Source: Octopus bimaculoides (Eukaryota). Taken from it: DNA of 64,000 bases. Location: NCBI RefSeq assembly GCF_001194135.2, contig NC_068992.1:22503023-22567022 (forward strand). The letters are read 5' to 3'. Below the pieces are notes generated by a model, which was not told the origin of the DNA, did no database searches, and was given only the letters and a program-made list of their open reading frames with translations. The number at the start of each line of letters is the position of its first letter. Position 1 is the first letter of the stretch. Below are positions 38,720 through 51,879 of this stretch, in pieces. The translations under genes and the position numbers were made by a program.

Positions 38720-39539
38720 TATAAGTATAAATATGTAAAGTGGGGAAAATATAATATGCAACGACAAGGTGTTTTGGAAATCACCTGGAGATTTTAATAT
38801 ATAATTTAAATATTTTTTTATTATTCAAATTTTTCTACGGAATAAAATTTCAAATCATGGAAATTTATATTCTCATTTAATCATGAATAATTTTACAGTG
38901 TACTTTCTTTTCAACTTCACAAAAGCGCACACTTCCCATAGAATTCTCTATAACACTTGTTAATATCTTTAACTGTAGACCTCAAATTTCCTCACAAATC
39001 CTAAACTTAAGCTGTTGGTGTGTCTAGAGATTTATTGATGTATACGTGTTCCTCAAATTATCCCTTCCCCGCAAAGCAAAAACCAGGAAAGGTCAGAGCA
39101 GAAAAGCGTGGTGGCAATAGACTTTCATAATTTCGCAGAAATAATTGATGACCAATAATTTACCCTGAAGCCCATCATTTCCCAACCCGTGTGAGTTGTG
39201 GCACAATGTAGTTGAAACTACATCTCATGTTCGTTCTGCACAGCTGCAAAACAGTCTCGAATATAACCCGATACCGCTCGCTAATTGTTATCATTACATT
39301 GCCATTTTAATCTTTAAAATGTACGGTTCAATAATCTTTCAGGAAGTTAGATCACATCTGACTGTGCATTTGAGTGGATACATCTCGCGTTGATGAATAT
39401 TCCTAGGATTATCAAATCCCGGTTCTGCTCATTAAAAAAATTCAAATAGAAATAATCGTCGCTATCAATATCAGCTAATGAACAAATACATTATCATTAT
39501 TATCGAGACTCTGCATTTTAATCGAGTTATTTACGTGTT

Positions 39540-39800
39540 TGTCAATAATCTGTCGTTTGCAATTTCTGTACCAATTGGACTTTGTATGGGTGTAGGTACA
39601 AAACATCTTTTCGTGAGCGGTTCAATGTCATTCGAGCATAATCGAGTGGATGTTCCTCGTATTTCCTCAACAGAGTCTCACGTGTATTGATGATTCAACT
39701 TTGAACGGAGTGTACGAGCTCTTCCACATCGTGGCATGTCACTTGGCCATGTTGCCTAAAACCAACAAATCATGTAATAGGATGGTAGTTTCCTGACATT
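39540..39800 (-). mobile_element. Tc1/mariner-superfamily (rosa/maT-like) transposase fragment
   Basis: Minus-strand pieces FRQHGQV / DMPRCGRARTLRS / DSVEE..TSTR / KDVLYLHPYKVQLVQKLQTTDY match the SGRPRT..SVEE.P..S.RR..DLHLHPYKIQLVQEL pattern. Confidence 0.7.
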
Positions 39801-40709
39801 GAAGTGTCTGGGGTGTGAATAATGGACCGGTTAAATCCAAACCTATACTCGATAAATTTTGTTTCTCTTTTCATTTATAATTTTTTCCATGTGTAATTCC
39901 CACATCTTAATCTAATTTCAGACAAAAACCAAAAAAAGAATTAAAATTAGGAAATATTTGACATATTATAACATTTCTAAATATCCTGGTGACCTTTGTG
40001 TTACCCAATAAAAACCATTTCAACATACAATATATTGTAAGAATTTATTTCATCTCCAAACTGAAATATCACCATGACAACGCTCACTTCAAGGACATAA
40101 GAATTCTCTATAGTTGCAGCACTATTATTATAAAATCATCCATCACCTCTTTATACAGGAAAAGAAAATATATATATTAAAACAACTGCATGATCGTTCA
40201 CTGTTAAATGTATCGACTCTCTAGTAGGTGCGAAGTGGTTGAGTAAAGCCTTCAGAATGAGAAGTATTCAATAAAAACAGCTTCCCTTCATCGTTATTCA
40301 AAATGAATGACAATCTATCAAGCATACACGGAACATCATCTTGGATGCGATTGAATTTAAAAGCTATACGAGTACGGCAAAATAATACATACCTCGCAAC
40401 AAATCATTATCGTCGTCGTCATCATCATCATCATCATCGTCGTCGTCGTCGTCGTCCTCGTTATCATTAGACATATCATCCTCATTATCATCTCCTTACA
40501 TCCTGTATAACAAGCATCAACACTATTATCATCGTCATCGTCGTCAACTTTATCACCAAGAGCATACTGTTTCCCCAGCAATTGTATCCTTTCTTTCTGA
40601 TCAGACGAGAGTTAACTCTTGTAAAACAGGGAATACCACGTATTGTCGCCCACGTATCTCTCGCAGCACACAACGACGACCCTGAAGCACAGAGATGAAT
40701 GCGCGATAT

Positions 40710-40748
<39 letters not shown>

Positions 40749-42522
40749 TGTGTGTAATGATGAGTAATACCCAGGATTACGAAGGATGGTATAACCATGT
40801 ATATATGATAATGGAATACCTGTACGCTGTTCGCTAGTTGCTAATTTCTACCTCTAGATTAACTAGGCCAATGTTCAATCAAATTCTGGCAACGTCTGTC
40901 CTGTGTTTTAGGGTTCAGTTATCTGTTGTACTTCTTTCTGTTTTTTAAGATAATAAGCATCAGTGCGAAAGTTTACTTGGCTGCTACTTTTCGCAAGTCG
41001 AGAGACAACATATCAGACGCTTCATTGGATCGTTAGCAATATATGTAGTGTGTTTGGTTCAATTTTTTGCAAAAGGTCAACAGCTTTAACAGAGGATGCA
41101 AGTCGATTACATTTTTCCACCGCGTAACTACTCTACCAGCTCACCGCCACTGTGTTGACGCAATATTAATTTTGTTTATTAATATTTGCTTTAAAAACAA
41201 ATTCTAATCGTATGTTGACACAGGCAGATGTAAATTTTGTCTTGAGGAAGACACACATGTGTTCCTTTAAAAGTTATGAAGCAGTCGTAGTAAAACCATG
41301 ACCCGCGGAATATTCTCAGTGGCACTTTGAACAAAAAGGTACCTTGAATTCTTTTTAGTTCCACTGCCCATCAAACAATGAACCGTGTCTCATGCGACCT
41401 GCTTTTCGCCAGCGGTTGCTCATGCTGTGTATAACAAAAAAAATTCCTCCTTATTTACAGTAGTAAATTGTGCAACATTCTACTAACTAGTTTCGATCGC
41501 ATGACGACAGGTGATTGTCCAATGAATCTAAGAGTCAATTTACCAAGAGTTTAGTTTGTATTGAAATCTCCACAGTCCTACAAGGACATGTCTGAGAATA
41601 CATTATGTAAGTATCGCCGACGAATTTTTCGTCATAATTTGTATGGGGCATAATTGATTACATGATACATTGGAACATCAACAATATCAGCAACTAGTCA
41701 AGAGTACATTTACTGCCTGCTGGTAATGTTTGGGCTATATTAAAGAAATTAGCTGAAAATATCAGGAGGGTCGGGTTTCCAAACTCGATAAGATAAATCC
41801 CAAACATATTCGAGTAACAAGTATTGTGTTATAGCTTTCGACAACAAGCAACGCTATGGATGGATTTCGTAAACGGAAGTCGGTAATAAACCGATTTGAA
41901 ATCAAAAGTAAAGAGGAAATTAAGAACGGAAATAAAAATGCAGTTTGATAGACAAGTAAAATTGAATTAAAAATGAATGATTTAACTGGCGACAGAGTTT
42001 GTTGAAACCAAAAAAAAAATAATCCGTCATTTGTCTGGAGCTGAATATATTAATTGCTTTATGTATTCTGAGAAATGAGTATTGGTTTAATACTGACAGC
42101 TGATTACACTGATTGGATCCGAGCAAATGATCTACATTTATATATACTGATAATCAATCATTGAGAATACTTGGTGGGGGTGTAAGGGCATGACGGCTTC
42201 AACAAACATAATTGATTCCATACGAGATTTGATTATCGAATATATTGCAACTCACTTCTTATGTAGTAGACATCAAAGGATAGTACTGTATTATTAAATA
42301 CACACAACTATTCATCTTCATCGACTTCTTGGAACATTTCTGATCTAATCATTGATACACTTTCATAGTTAGGTATAATAAAAAATTCAAGCAGGTGTAA
42401 GATTGACAAGTGATATATACGAAGAGATGCATGGAGTTATGCAATACGCAATGTGTGTTATACTGACAGTATACAAAACACCAGTATTAACATTGACAAA
42501 TATAAACACAGATATATATGTT

Positions 42523-42573
<51 letters not shown>

Positions 42574-42981
42574 ATGAAGAAAAACACAGCACTACCCTAA
42601 TAGATATTATTGAATACGGATTCTAATGTATATGCTTCGTGTATTTTCCGGTGGATGCAATGGCGTAGCAAGGCATATAACTCTCATGTCACCGGCGCTA
42701 AAATACCTTACTATCAAAGGCAGTTACCTCAAACATCAATCCCATCTGGGAGTGATGGACATCCATTTTTCGTAATTCTTGCGGCTTGTGAACACCACCT
42801 ACCCGCCTGAGTTCAAGGCGAGTCAGGTAGCCAATCTAATGACTTACATGCTCAGGGATTGCAGTATCATGAGCTGGCATGCCCGGATAGTGCATACCTA
42901 ACAGAAAATTTACATACAAAGTAAAGGCAGCTCTAGAAAAATAAATATTATTAAATACATATACTACATTAGTATAAGTAT

Positions 42982-43028
<47 letters not shown>

Positions 43029-43030
<2 letters not shown>

Positions 43031-43123
43031 CCTTATCAGACAGGTAGTCATGATGGATATAATGGGCTTCGAATATTTTACCCCAGTGACACTTTGATGG
43101 CATGCACTGCTCTCTCACTCAAT

Positions 43124-43166
<43 letters not shown>

Positions 43167-43207
43167 GCAACAACAACAACAATAATAATAATAATAATAA
43201 TAATAAT
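43029..43207 (+). mobile_element. 5'-truncated family C copy with (AAC)(AAT) tail
   Basis: Colinear with the reverse complement of about 35980-36085; preceded by (AAT)n at 42985-43028. Confidence 0.8.
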
Positions 43208-43551
43208 ATCTATATATATAAATACCGTAAATAAGTGTAAGATCCAGGAATCAAAATGTGGAAAATTTGCAAGCTTCAAGAAGTCCGTGGCAGGTATAGA
43301 AAACAAAAAAAAAGGATAATGTAAGGAGCAATGACAATTTATTGGTGTTTACCTTGAGTTCAATTAGGAATTCCAATGTAACCTTCATGTAGTTAAGATA
43401 TTCTCAGCCTGATGATTAGCTAAGTTGAACCCTCCTCGTTGAGTAATAATTACATCAAAGGATTAGTTAGCATTGAAAAAATATATAGCCTGGATTTCAC
43501 TCGTTCCATTTCCTATGTATATATACATGCATATAAACAAATATATGTGTA

Positions 43552-43601
<50 letters not shown>

Positions 43602-44647
43602 TATTTTATGCATATTTACATACATACATACATGCATGCATATATATGTGATCCTACATGTTTAGTTTCAGTTTCTCTGCATGAAATATTATAGCACTTA
43701 ATTGATGGTTCAAAAACCTGTTATGTGCTGATAATTTGGTAACTACACCATCCACAGATGAATGCAGAAAGGAATTACTTTGTGTCAATAATATTTATCA
43801 TTATAACTTTTAATATATTTTATTGAGAATGAAATGTCTGAAACGCTTATGGTGTCTCTTTCACCAAAATATAACGATTTCCTCCTTCAGAGGTTTATGA
43901 CATTATATTTGGTTGACTTAGGGAAGTAGACTTAGGCAAAACATTCTACAGAGTATATATTACATTCCAGCTACAAAACCTTATTATGTAACACATTTCT
44001 TTTCTGTATGTTGCTTCTGTAAACAATTCCATATATTGATATTGATTGTTATTGTCATTGGTGGCTTCCTTTATATAAATCCAATATGTACTTTCTGCTG
44101 AAAGCTTACGTCTATATGTGAACCTCATCATATTAAAATAATATAATAAATAATGCAAATAAACAAAACAAACTAATTCATATTCTCTTTCTTTATCCTA
44201 TACATTTTTCACGATATTTCCAATAAGCTTGTAAGGATTTGGGAAATACTAGAGTATCTGGTTTTAAATCATGGGTGATAATATTGATTAACTTCTAACC
44301 GCTGTATGGTTTTCTACTTAATGTTTTCACGAAAGAGCTTAAGTAACAAAAGTACTAAATCTTCATATACGATCGTGGATAGGAGATATATTTTCAATTC
44401 TTAGCCTTATTTTATAAAGTTTAGATGACACAATGAGGATATGAAAGACAACACTGAAGGCGTTTGTAATGTTTCCAACAGCACGAATCGAAGTAGAGAT
44501 ATTTTTTCCCTTATGAAATGACACAACGAGAATGCAACAGTATAGATGGCATTCAGGACAGCGTAATCAGTTATCTGATGCGTTAAACACCTCTACGTTA
44601 CATTATGTTGTGTAATTTCATTAACTTAATCAAAGTCTTTCACTTCA

Positions 44648-44822
44648 CCACGCCGGGTAAAATGCTTAGCTTTATTTCGTCTCTCTTTACGTTCTGAGTT
44701 AAAATTCCACCGAGGTTGACTTTGCCTTTCATCCTTTCGGGGTCGATAAATTATGTATCAGTTGCGTCGTAGGGTCGATCTTATTTAAATTCTGGGCCTT
44801 GTGCTTAGAGTAGAAAAGAATT
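44648..44822 (+). mobile_element. SINE family B
   Basis: CACGCCGGGTAAAATGCTTAG..TTTGCCTTTCATCCTTTCGGGGTCGATAAATTA..GCTTAGAGTAGAAAAGAAT. Confidence 0.9.
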
Positions 44823-44845
44823 TAAAAGATATTTTCATTATTAAG

Positions 44846-44987
44846 ACAGGAGCATGAGTAGCTTGAGGCAGCAAGTTGGCGTCCCAACGGCATGCTTCCA
44901 GGTTTAGTCACATTGCTTGGGGTGTCTTCTACTATGGCCTCTGGACGCAACGCATTATGAGTAGATTTAGTAGATGCAAAAGCTCAT

Positions 44988-44990
<3 letters not shown>
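44846..44990 (+). mobile_element. diverged SINE family A 5' head
   Basis: GGGGTGTCTTCTACTATGGCCTC..ATGAGTAGATTTAGTAGA followed by (TA)n. Confidence 0.6.
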
Positions 44991-45031
<41 letters not shown>

Positions 45032-45211
45032 AAATTAAAAAGGGTAAAGGATTATCAATTTATTAATTCATTAATAAATCAACAATTAATAATTAATAAT
45101 GTTTACCAAGCCCATCGGTATGTAAGCACCATTATTGGCGGAGAACTTATTTAAAAGTTCATATATATTTATAAACATAATTAAGGGATCAGCAAATATT
45201 TGCTTCACCAT

Positions 45212-45279
45212 ATACCGAAGTTCAGAAATAGCAGCTAAAAAGTCTCGGCTTTTTAGCTGCTATTTCTGAACTTCGGTAT
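45212..45279. repeat. perfect 31-bp inverted repeat with 6-nt spacer
   Basis: ATACCGAAGTTCAGAAATAGCAGCTAAAAAG-TCTCGG-CTTTTTAGCTGCTATTTCTGAACTTCGGTAT, directly next to an N gap. Confidence 0.9.
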
Positions 45280-45483
45280 NNNNNNNNNNNNNNNNNNNNN
45301 NNNNNNNNNNNNNNNNNNNNNNNNNNNNNNNNNNNNNNNNNNNNNNNNNNNNNNNNNNNNNNNNNNNNNNNNNNNNNNNNNNNNNNNNNNNNNNNNNNNN
45401 NNNNNNNNNNNNNNNNNNNNNNNNNNNNNNNNNNNNNNNNNNNNNNNNNNNNNNNNNNNNNNNNNNNNNNNNNNNNNNNNNNN

Positions 45484-45515
<32 letters not shown>

Positions 45516-45753
45516 TTGAATAAAGTTAAAACATGGCCTGGTTTTCACGTTTTTTTATTATTGTATTTAAAAAGAAAGTTACAATAATTTGTAAGTATTC
45601 ATAAAGTTCAATTACCGCTTTCATACATTCGTAGATTTCAGAATGTATTTAACTGACAGTTGAGGTCTTGACAACTGTATTAAAATGACTGACTTCTTCC
45701 TTTTTATACCTGTGAGAAGTCTTCAAGAAACTGAATTTCTTTAATACGGTTTT

Positions 45754-45955
45754 GACAAATACATAACAAAAACAACAGGACTTACAAATATATATAACAT
45801 ACAGAAAATTGCACTACTGGACATTGCACACATCCTACGCAAAACACTTTCAATACAGTAACCATAAGTGCATCACAGCAAACCACAGCACATACCCAAG
45901 TCACACAGAGCTGCACTCGGTGGTGAAGTGAAAGCATGTTATAAAAATAAAACTA

Positions 45956-45988
<33 letters not shown>
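45754..45988 (+). mobile_element. R4/Dong-like LINE 3' end, variant 3, with (AAT)n tail
   Basis: DKYITKTTGLTNIYNIQKIALLDIAHILRKTLSIQ* (stop 45859-45861; QK.ALLGTA.ILRK motif), short 3' UTR, then (AAT)n. Confidence 0.8.
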
Positions 45989-45989
<1 letters not shown>

Positions 45990-45990
45990 T

Positions 45991-46080
45991 TACTTTAGGA
46001 ATGTGAAACCAGGTTCGGAATTTCTTCAAGACACCTGATGAAGGCAACAAGATAAGGACAAATATCCGCCAAATAATGTA
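45991..46080 (+). mobile_element. headless, internally deleted copy of the hammerhead-tail element (copy 3)
   Basis: TACTTTAGGAATGTGAAACCAGGTTCGGAATTTCTTCAAGACACCTGATGAAGGC joined to AACAAGATAAGGACAAATATCCG; stems II and III are deleted. Confidence 0.8.
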
Positions 46081-46665
46081 CTATAGTTACAAGTATGATC
46101 TCTTCTTAAGATTTTACAACTAGCTATTTTGGTTGTTGCAGATCAGTGATCGATGGTCGCTTTGTTTACAGTATATTGCTGGCTGGACCGGATCGTAGCT
46201 ATCGCTCAGGCGATCATGTACTTGCGACTGAAAATGAGCCAACCAGCTCCAAACTGAGTTAGTCTCCCGATCCTGTTGTCTGCTAGAGGATGATAAGTAT
46301 TCGCTCACACTACTAGCAATATATATTGTATATAGATGGTGCAGCGCCGCACTGATAAGGAGCTGGCGGGAGATCTACCTGGTTTTTAACTAGTAGTAGA
46401 ACATGGAACAGCCACTTTGATGAGGAGCTTAACTTTACGTGTTTATATATATATATATNNNNNNNNNNNNNNNNNNNNNNNNNNNNNNNNNNNNNNNNNN
46501 NNNNNNNNNNNNNNNNNNNNNNNNNNNNNNNNNNNNNNNNNNNNNNNNNNNNNNNNNNNNNNNNNNNNNNNNNNNNNNNNNNNNNNNNNNNNNNNNNNNN
46601 NNNNNNNNNNNNNNNNNNNNNNNNNNNNNNNNNNNNNNNNNNNNNNNNNNNNNNNNNNNNNNNNN

Positions 46666-46707
<42 letters not shown>

Positions 46708-47599
46708 TGTCTGTGTAAGTTTATAAACATCTACTCTTCGTTATGAGATAAAAAAACCAAGGCTGTGTAGATTTTAGAACATTTATAAATAGAAGGTCTT
46801 ACACCTGTTTCCAGGAGATTTATTATATCCATTGATCGGAGACGGTGTGAGAAGAGGGTTAAGCAATAGCTAATTTAGATAAGATACGAAATAGAGAATG
46901 AAGTGGAGGAACAAAAATAGATGTGAGATATGCAGAGATATCGTATTTGTAGATCCATTATTTAGGCAGAATTGTATACATATAAGATTCTAATACCTTA
47001 TGAGTAAAATCCAATAGTCTTTAAAATTGGCCATTCCAAGTATAGAGTTTATACACAGTGTTATTGAATCAAGGGTTTTATACACGCTGATATATGACGT
47101 ACGCTGGACCCCATATTCGCATAATCACCGAACCTGGAGCTTAACTAGGGTCTATCCATTACACTTACTTAGCATTACCTGCTACCTTTGGGTCTCATTG
47201 ACACCATTACCGCTCATAACCTCTATATATGTATGAATGTATCTAAGTATATAATAAAGAAAAATATTTTTTTAAATACAGTATAAAAAAGGAAAGGGTC
47301 TTCCAGCTTGCTTGTATATAAATATATATTTCAGCGTATGTAGGTTTGAGAAGATGTATTTGGGGTTGTAGTTGTGGAAGTTTAGTATAATTTCTACAGT
47401 ACTTGTATATTGTAAAACTGTTAAAACATTTTTTCCATATATATGGTGATAGGTTATGGTGAAAATGGAAGAAGAGTGAGTGTTTGTAATATTTCCATAT
47501 TTAGCAGTTAGAAAAAAATGGATTGAAATCATTTAATGCTTTTATGATTTTATGTTTCCACCAAGAAACCGGTTCGGATTTTCGATTCAGTATTTGGTA

Positions 47600-48160
47600 A
47601 TCTTGAATATGAGAATATGGTAGGGTATATTAGTACAAAGTCTCCCAACTTTGTTGTTACCTTGGTATGGCTGTGCGTGTGAGAGTATTTTCCAGTTGAT
47701 GATAAACGGAGTATTTTTTTATTTTAATATCTGTATATTTTTGGAGAGTGATGAGTTATTCTTTTGTTGAATTTTCGAAAAGTGTGCGCGTGTTGGTTAT
47801 ATCGCGTCTTGAACTCGCTTGCAGTAGATCCTATATATGTAGATATAATCGTTGGTGAGTTTTCATCTTTATGGTTGCCCTGTAGACAATATAGCTTCAT
47901 AAATAGTTTCCTGCAAGAGAATAGGATAAAGATGTACTGCAATTACAATTGTAATTTATTGTGTGATGTAGGCTTTCACTTTTAGATATTTCGTGGTTGT
48001 AACAGTTGTAACAGTTCTGCCTGTTTATTAGTTTGTAGCACTTGTATTTTGAACGGAAGTGATTTTGTTGTATTTGAAAAGTAATTTAGCTTTTGGTGGG
48101 AAATCTTGTATGAAATCTTGTATGTCGGAGAGGAGTTAAACCAGATGATCTTCAATTTTC
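47600..48160 (-). mobile_element. Penelope-like element C-terminal remnant (GIY-YIG endonuclease)
   Basis: Minus pieces LKIIWFNS, NCNCSTS..GNYL..IVY, TYIGSTASEFKTRYNQHAHTFR and INWKILSHAQPYQ..GRLC match the PLE motifs IIWFNPP, CNCR..CPL.GNCL, YIG.T..FKTR..NH..SFR and W.IL..A.PY..C.LC. Confidence 0.85.
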
Positions 48161-48469
48161 TCTACATCCCAGTAAATGCGTAAGAATGATGCGCTTTTAA
48201 ACGAGGTACATATAACAATATATAGTTATATAAATATAGCAACATCTATGCATATGCACACATATGTGCTCCTAAATATTTGTACATATGCAGGTAGTCA
48301 TGTTATAAAGATATTAGAAAACCTGAATAAATATTTATGGTAACTTAGTCTCCTTAATCCTGACCTTTCCAAAATGCCAAATTTGATATTTCTTAATAGA
48401 AATCTAATAACGCCGACACGAAAAACAGTGAATTCGATCTATTCTGTGTGATCAAGGGATTTTTCATCG

Positions 48470-48800
48470 ATCATTCTTTTCAAAACGTTGAAACAGCAAA
48501 AGCTGAGTTTCTCTACATGGAATTTCGTAAACATCTGCTTTCACCTTTAGTTCAACGCCTGACAAAAGCCTAAACAACAATGATATTCCCATCCCAAACA
48601 CAAATAAATATCCTTCACATAATTTTCTATCAATCTTCCCACTATCATCCCTTCCTACACATCTGCTCCAGTCAACGTTCGCCACAGCTAATTAGCATTC
48701 TCATAGCTCAACCTCTCAAAGCAGACACTTTTCAAAAGTCTATATAAATTCAAATAGAACCCAATTAAAGTCTGTCAATGAAGTCTAAACTTCAACGAAG
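48470..48800 (+). mobile_element. probable CR1-group LINE post-RT remnant
   Basis: Fragmentary NVETAKAEFLYM / NNDIPIPNT..NILHIIF / LYKF..EP resemble the N..KTQFL..F....L....NILG..LYK.QIRP region; heavily decayed. Confidence 0.4.
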
Positions 48801-48894
48801 CTGTTAACCATTTCCTCCTAAAAGATAAAAATTATCTCCGCATAGTGTACTACTAAAAGCTATAAAATATAGTCACTAGCATTACTGTGCAAAA

Positions 48895-49063
48895 CGTTTT
48901 ATTTCTCAACCATTCGGTTTGAATCACAGTGCGTGATGCCTAGGTTCAGTGTCTTCTACACTTGCTACGGGCCAAACAAAGCACTAAGCCTCGAGTATAT
49001 TTGGTAGATGGAAACTGAAAGAATCCCAGAGGCATATATTTATATATATATATATATATATAT
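48895..49063 (+). mobile_element. diverged SINE family A 5' part
   Basis: GTGTCTTCTACACTTGC..ATTTGGTAGATGGAAACTGAAAGAATCCC, then (TA)n and a gap. Confidence 0.7.
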
Positions 49064-49494
49064 NNNNNNNNNNNNNNNNNNNNNNNNNNNNNNNNNNNNN
49101 NNNNNNNNNNNNNNNNNNNNNNNNNNNNNNNNNNNNNNNNNNNNNNNNNNNNNNNNNNNNNNNNNNNNNNNNNNNNNNNNNNNNNNNNNNNNNNNNNNNN
49201 NNNNNNNNNNNNNNNNNNNNNNNNNNNNNNNNNNNNNNNNNNNNNNNNNNNNNNNNNNNNNNNNNNNNNNNNNNNNNNNNNNNNNNNNNNNNNNNNNNNN
49301 NNNNNNNNNNNNNNNNNNNNNNNNNNNNNNNNNNNNNNNNNNNNNNNNNNNNNNNNNNNNNNNNNNNNNNNNNNNNNNNNNNNNNNNNNNNNNNNNNNNN
49401 NNNNNNNNNNNNNNNNNNNNNNNNNNNNNNNNNNNNNNNNNNNNNNNNNNNNNNNNNNNNNNNNNNNNNNNNNNNNNNNNNNNNNNNNNNNNNN

Positions 49495-49805
49495 GCCTCG
49501 GGTCGACCAAAGCCTTGGGAGTGGATTTGGTAGACGGAAACTGAAAGAAGCCCGTCGTATATATGTATATATATGTGTGTGTGTGTTTGTGTGTCTGTTT
49601 GTGTGTCTGTGTTTGTCCCCCTAGCATTGCTTGACAACCGATGCTGGTGTGTTTAGGTCACCGTCGTCTAGAGGTTCGGAAAAAGAGACCGATAGAATAA
49701 GTACTAGGCTTACAAAGAATAAGTCCCGGGGTTGATTTGCTCGACTAAAGGCGGTGCTCCGGCATGGCCGCAGTCAAATGATTGAAACAAGTAAAAGAGA
49801 GAAAG
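49495..49805 (+). mobile_element. SINE family A (head hidden in the gap)
   Basis: GCCTCGGGTCGACCAAAGCCTTGGGAGTGGATTTGGTAGACGG...GGCCGCAGTCAAATGATTGAAACAAGTAAAAGAG. Confidence 0.92.
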
Positions 49806-49832
49806 ATATATATATATATATATGTATCAAAT

Positions 49833-50313
49833 AACGAAGGTGGCTAGACGCAATATAATACCAAACAGGAACAATTCAGTTGCCATAGTGACTGAGGGTG
49901 TAGGGTAGCACATACATTGCTAGAAACAAGAGTCAAAGACCCTTATAACCACAAAAAGCACATTGTCTATGTACTGAGAGAGGAGATGACGGTCCCCAGC
50001 GAACGAGGTCACTATACTAGCAAGCTAGTTTCGATTGAAATTGAAACTCGTCAGTAGTCATCAATCCATCGCTGATTTAGCTGAATTCTGCCTGTCAGTA
50101 TACAGTATCTACCATATGAATGAATGGGTGATTCAGCAAAATAGTAGTGTGAGAATTATTAAGTAATGAAGGTGTCTAGAGGCAATATAAAATCAAAATG
50201 GGAAAATTCAGGTGTCACTAATAGTGACTGAAGGCGTAGGCTAACACCTACATTGCTAGAAACAAGAGTCAAAGACAGTTATAGACACAGTAAGCACGTT
50301 GTCTATGTACTGA
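49833..50313 (+). repeat. two diverged direct repeats of about 150 bp (49833-49980, 50164-50313)
   Basis: Shared blocks GAAGGTG.CTAGA.GCAATATAA, ATAGTGACTGA, TACATTGCTAGAAACAAGAGTCAAAGAC and TTGTCTATGTACTGA. Confidence 0.85.
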
Positions 50314-50324
50314 CATGGGAGACA

Positions 50325-50563
50325 TTCTTTTATTCTTTTACTTGTTTCAGGTCATTTGACTGCGGGCATGCTGGACGACCGCCTTAAAGTATTCAAGTCG
50401 AAGAAATAGACCGCAAGACTTATTTTTTGTAAGACTAGTACTTATTCTATCGGTCTTTTTTGCCGAACTACTAGAACATGGTGACATAAACACACCATCA
50501 TCATTGTCAAGCGATAGCTGGGGGACAAACACAAAACACAGGAACACACACAAATATATATAT
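50325..50563 (-). mobile_element. SINE family A 3' half
   Basis: TTTTACTTGTTTCAGGTCATTTGACTGCGG..ACTAGTACTTATTCTATCGGTC..GGGGACAAACAC, then a gap. Confidence 0.88.
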
Positions 50564-51463
50564 NNNNNNNNNNNNNNNNNNNNNNNNNNNNNNNNNNNNN
50601 NNNNNNNNNNNNNNNNNNNNNNNNNNNNNNNNNNNNNNNNNNNNNNNNNNNNNNNNNNNNNNNNNNNNNNNNNNNNNNNNNNNNNNNNNNNNNNNNNNNN
50701 NNNNNNNNNNNNNNNNNNNNNNNNNNNNNNNNNNNNNNNNNNNNNNNNNNNNNNNNNNNNNNNNNNNNNNNNNNNNNNNNNNNNNNNNNNNNNNNNNNNN
50801 NNNNNNNNNNNNNNNNNNNNNNNNNNNNNNNNNNNNNNNNNNNNNNNNNNNNNNNNNNNNNNNNNNNNNNNNNNNNNNNNNNNNNNNNNNNNNNNNNNNN
50901 NNNNNNNNNNNNNNNNNNNNNNNNNNNNNNNNNNATGTATATAAGACACTGAAATATATTTGTGCAGAAAGTATTAACAGCTATCAAGCTCGTACGTGCT
51001 TATATATTGCAATATATCATTTTAAATATCAACTTAAAGATAATTAAATATACATTCAGTAATATTCTTTCGTATATTCTTTTTTTTTGTTTTTGCTTTC
51101 TCGTATTTTCATTACTTGACATTTATGATAGAATTAAAGACATCAAATTAAAACTATATGGGAAAGTAAAAAGAATAATTTCAGACTTAAGTAACCTAAT
51201 TTGAAGACAGACATATTCTAAACAAATACATAACTCAATGTAATTGAAAGAGGAGAAAGAAAAAGCAAAACAAAGCAAAAAAATCAACGACAAAAGACTA
51301 AACAAAAGCAGGAAAACAATAAGTTGTTAAAAATATTTAATATTTTTTCAATTATTTAAATTGTAGTTATAGTGCATTTCACAAATATTAAGTAAGCTAT
51401 TCTAAGTCATCACTGGAAGTAACGGGTTTTAAAAACAATTTTCTATTTTTACAATTTCTATAG

Positions 51464-51847
51464 TTTTATTCTTTTACTTGTCTCAATCTGTGGCCATGCT
51501 GGGGCATCGCCTTCAAGAATTTTAGTCAAATAAATAGACCCCCAGTACTTTAATTTTTTAAGCTTGGTACTTATACTGTTGATCTATTTACGTAGTATAA
51601 ATACACCAACACCGGTTGTCAAGTGGTGGTGCGGGACAGACACATGCACAGAGATATACGCATATACATAAATATATACACGGCGGGCTTCTTATTGTTT
51701 CCGTTTACGAATTTGTCTCACAAGGTTTTGATCGTCTCGAAGGTATATTAGAAGACACTTTCCCAAAGTGCTACGCAGTGAATGGACTGAACCCGGAACT
51801 CTACGATTGGGAAGAAAACATCTTACCATACAGCCACTCCTGCGCCT
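51464..51847 (-). mobile_element. SINE family A, full length, diverged
   Basis: Tail TTTTATTCTTTTACTTG..GGCCATGCTGG through head CAGCCACTCCTGCGCCT. Confidence 0.88.
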
Positions 51848-51879
51848 ATATCTGTTTCGTCAACATAATAGACGACACT

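Noticed and set aside
47560-47600. CUGAAUC..GAACCGGUU just downstream of the Penelope GIY-YIG remnant
   Set aside because: Position is suggestive, but the core has several mismatches and stem I is absent.
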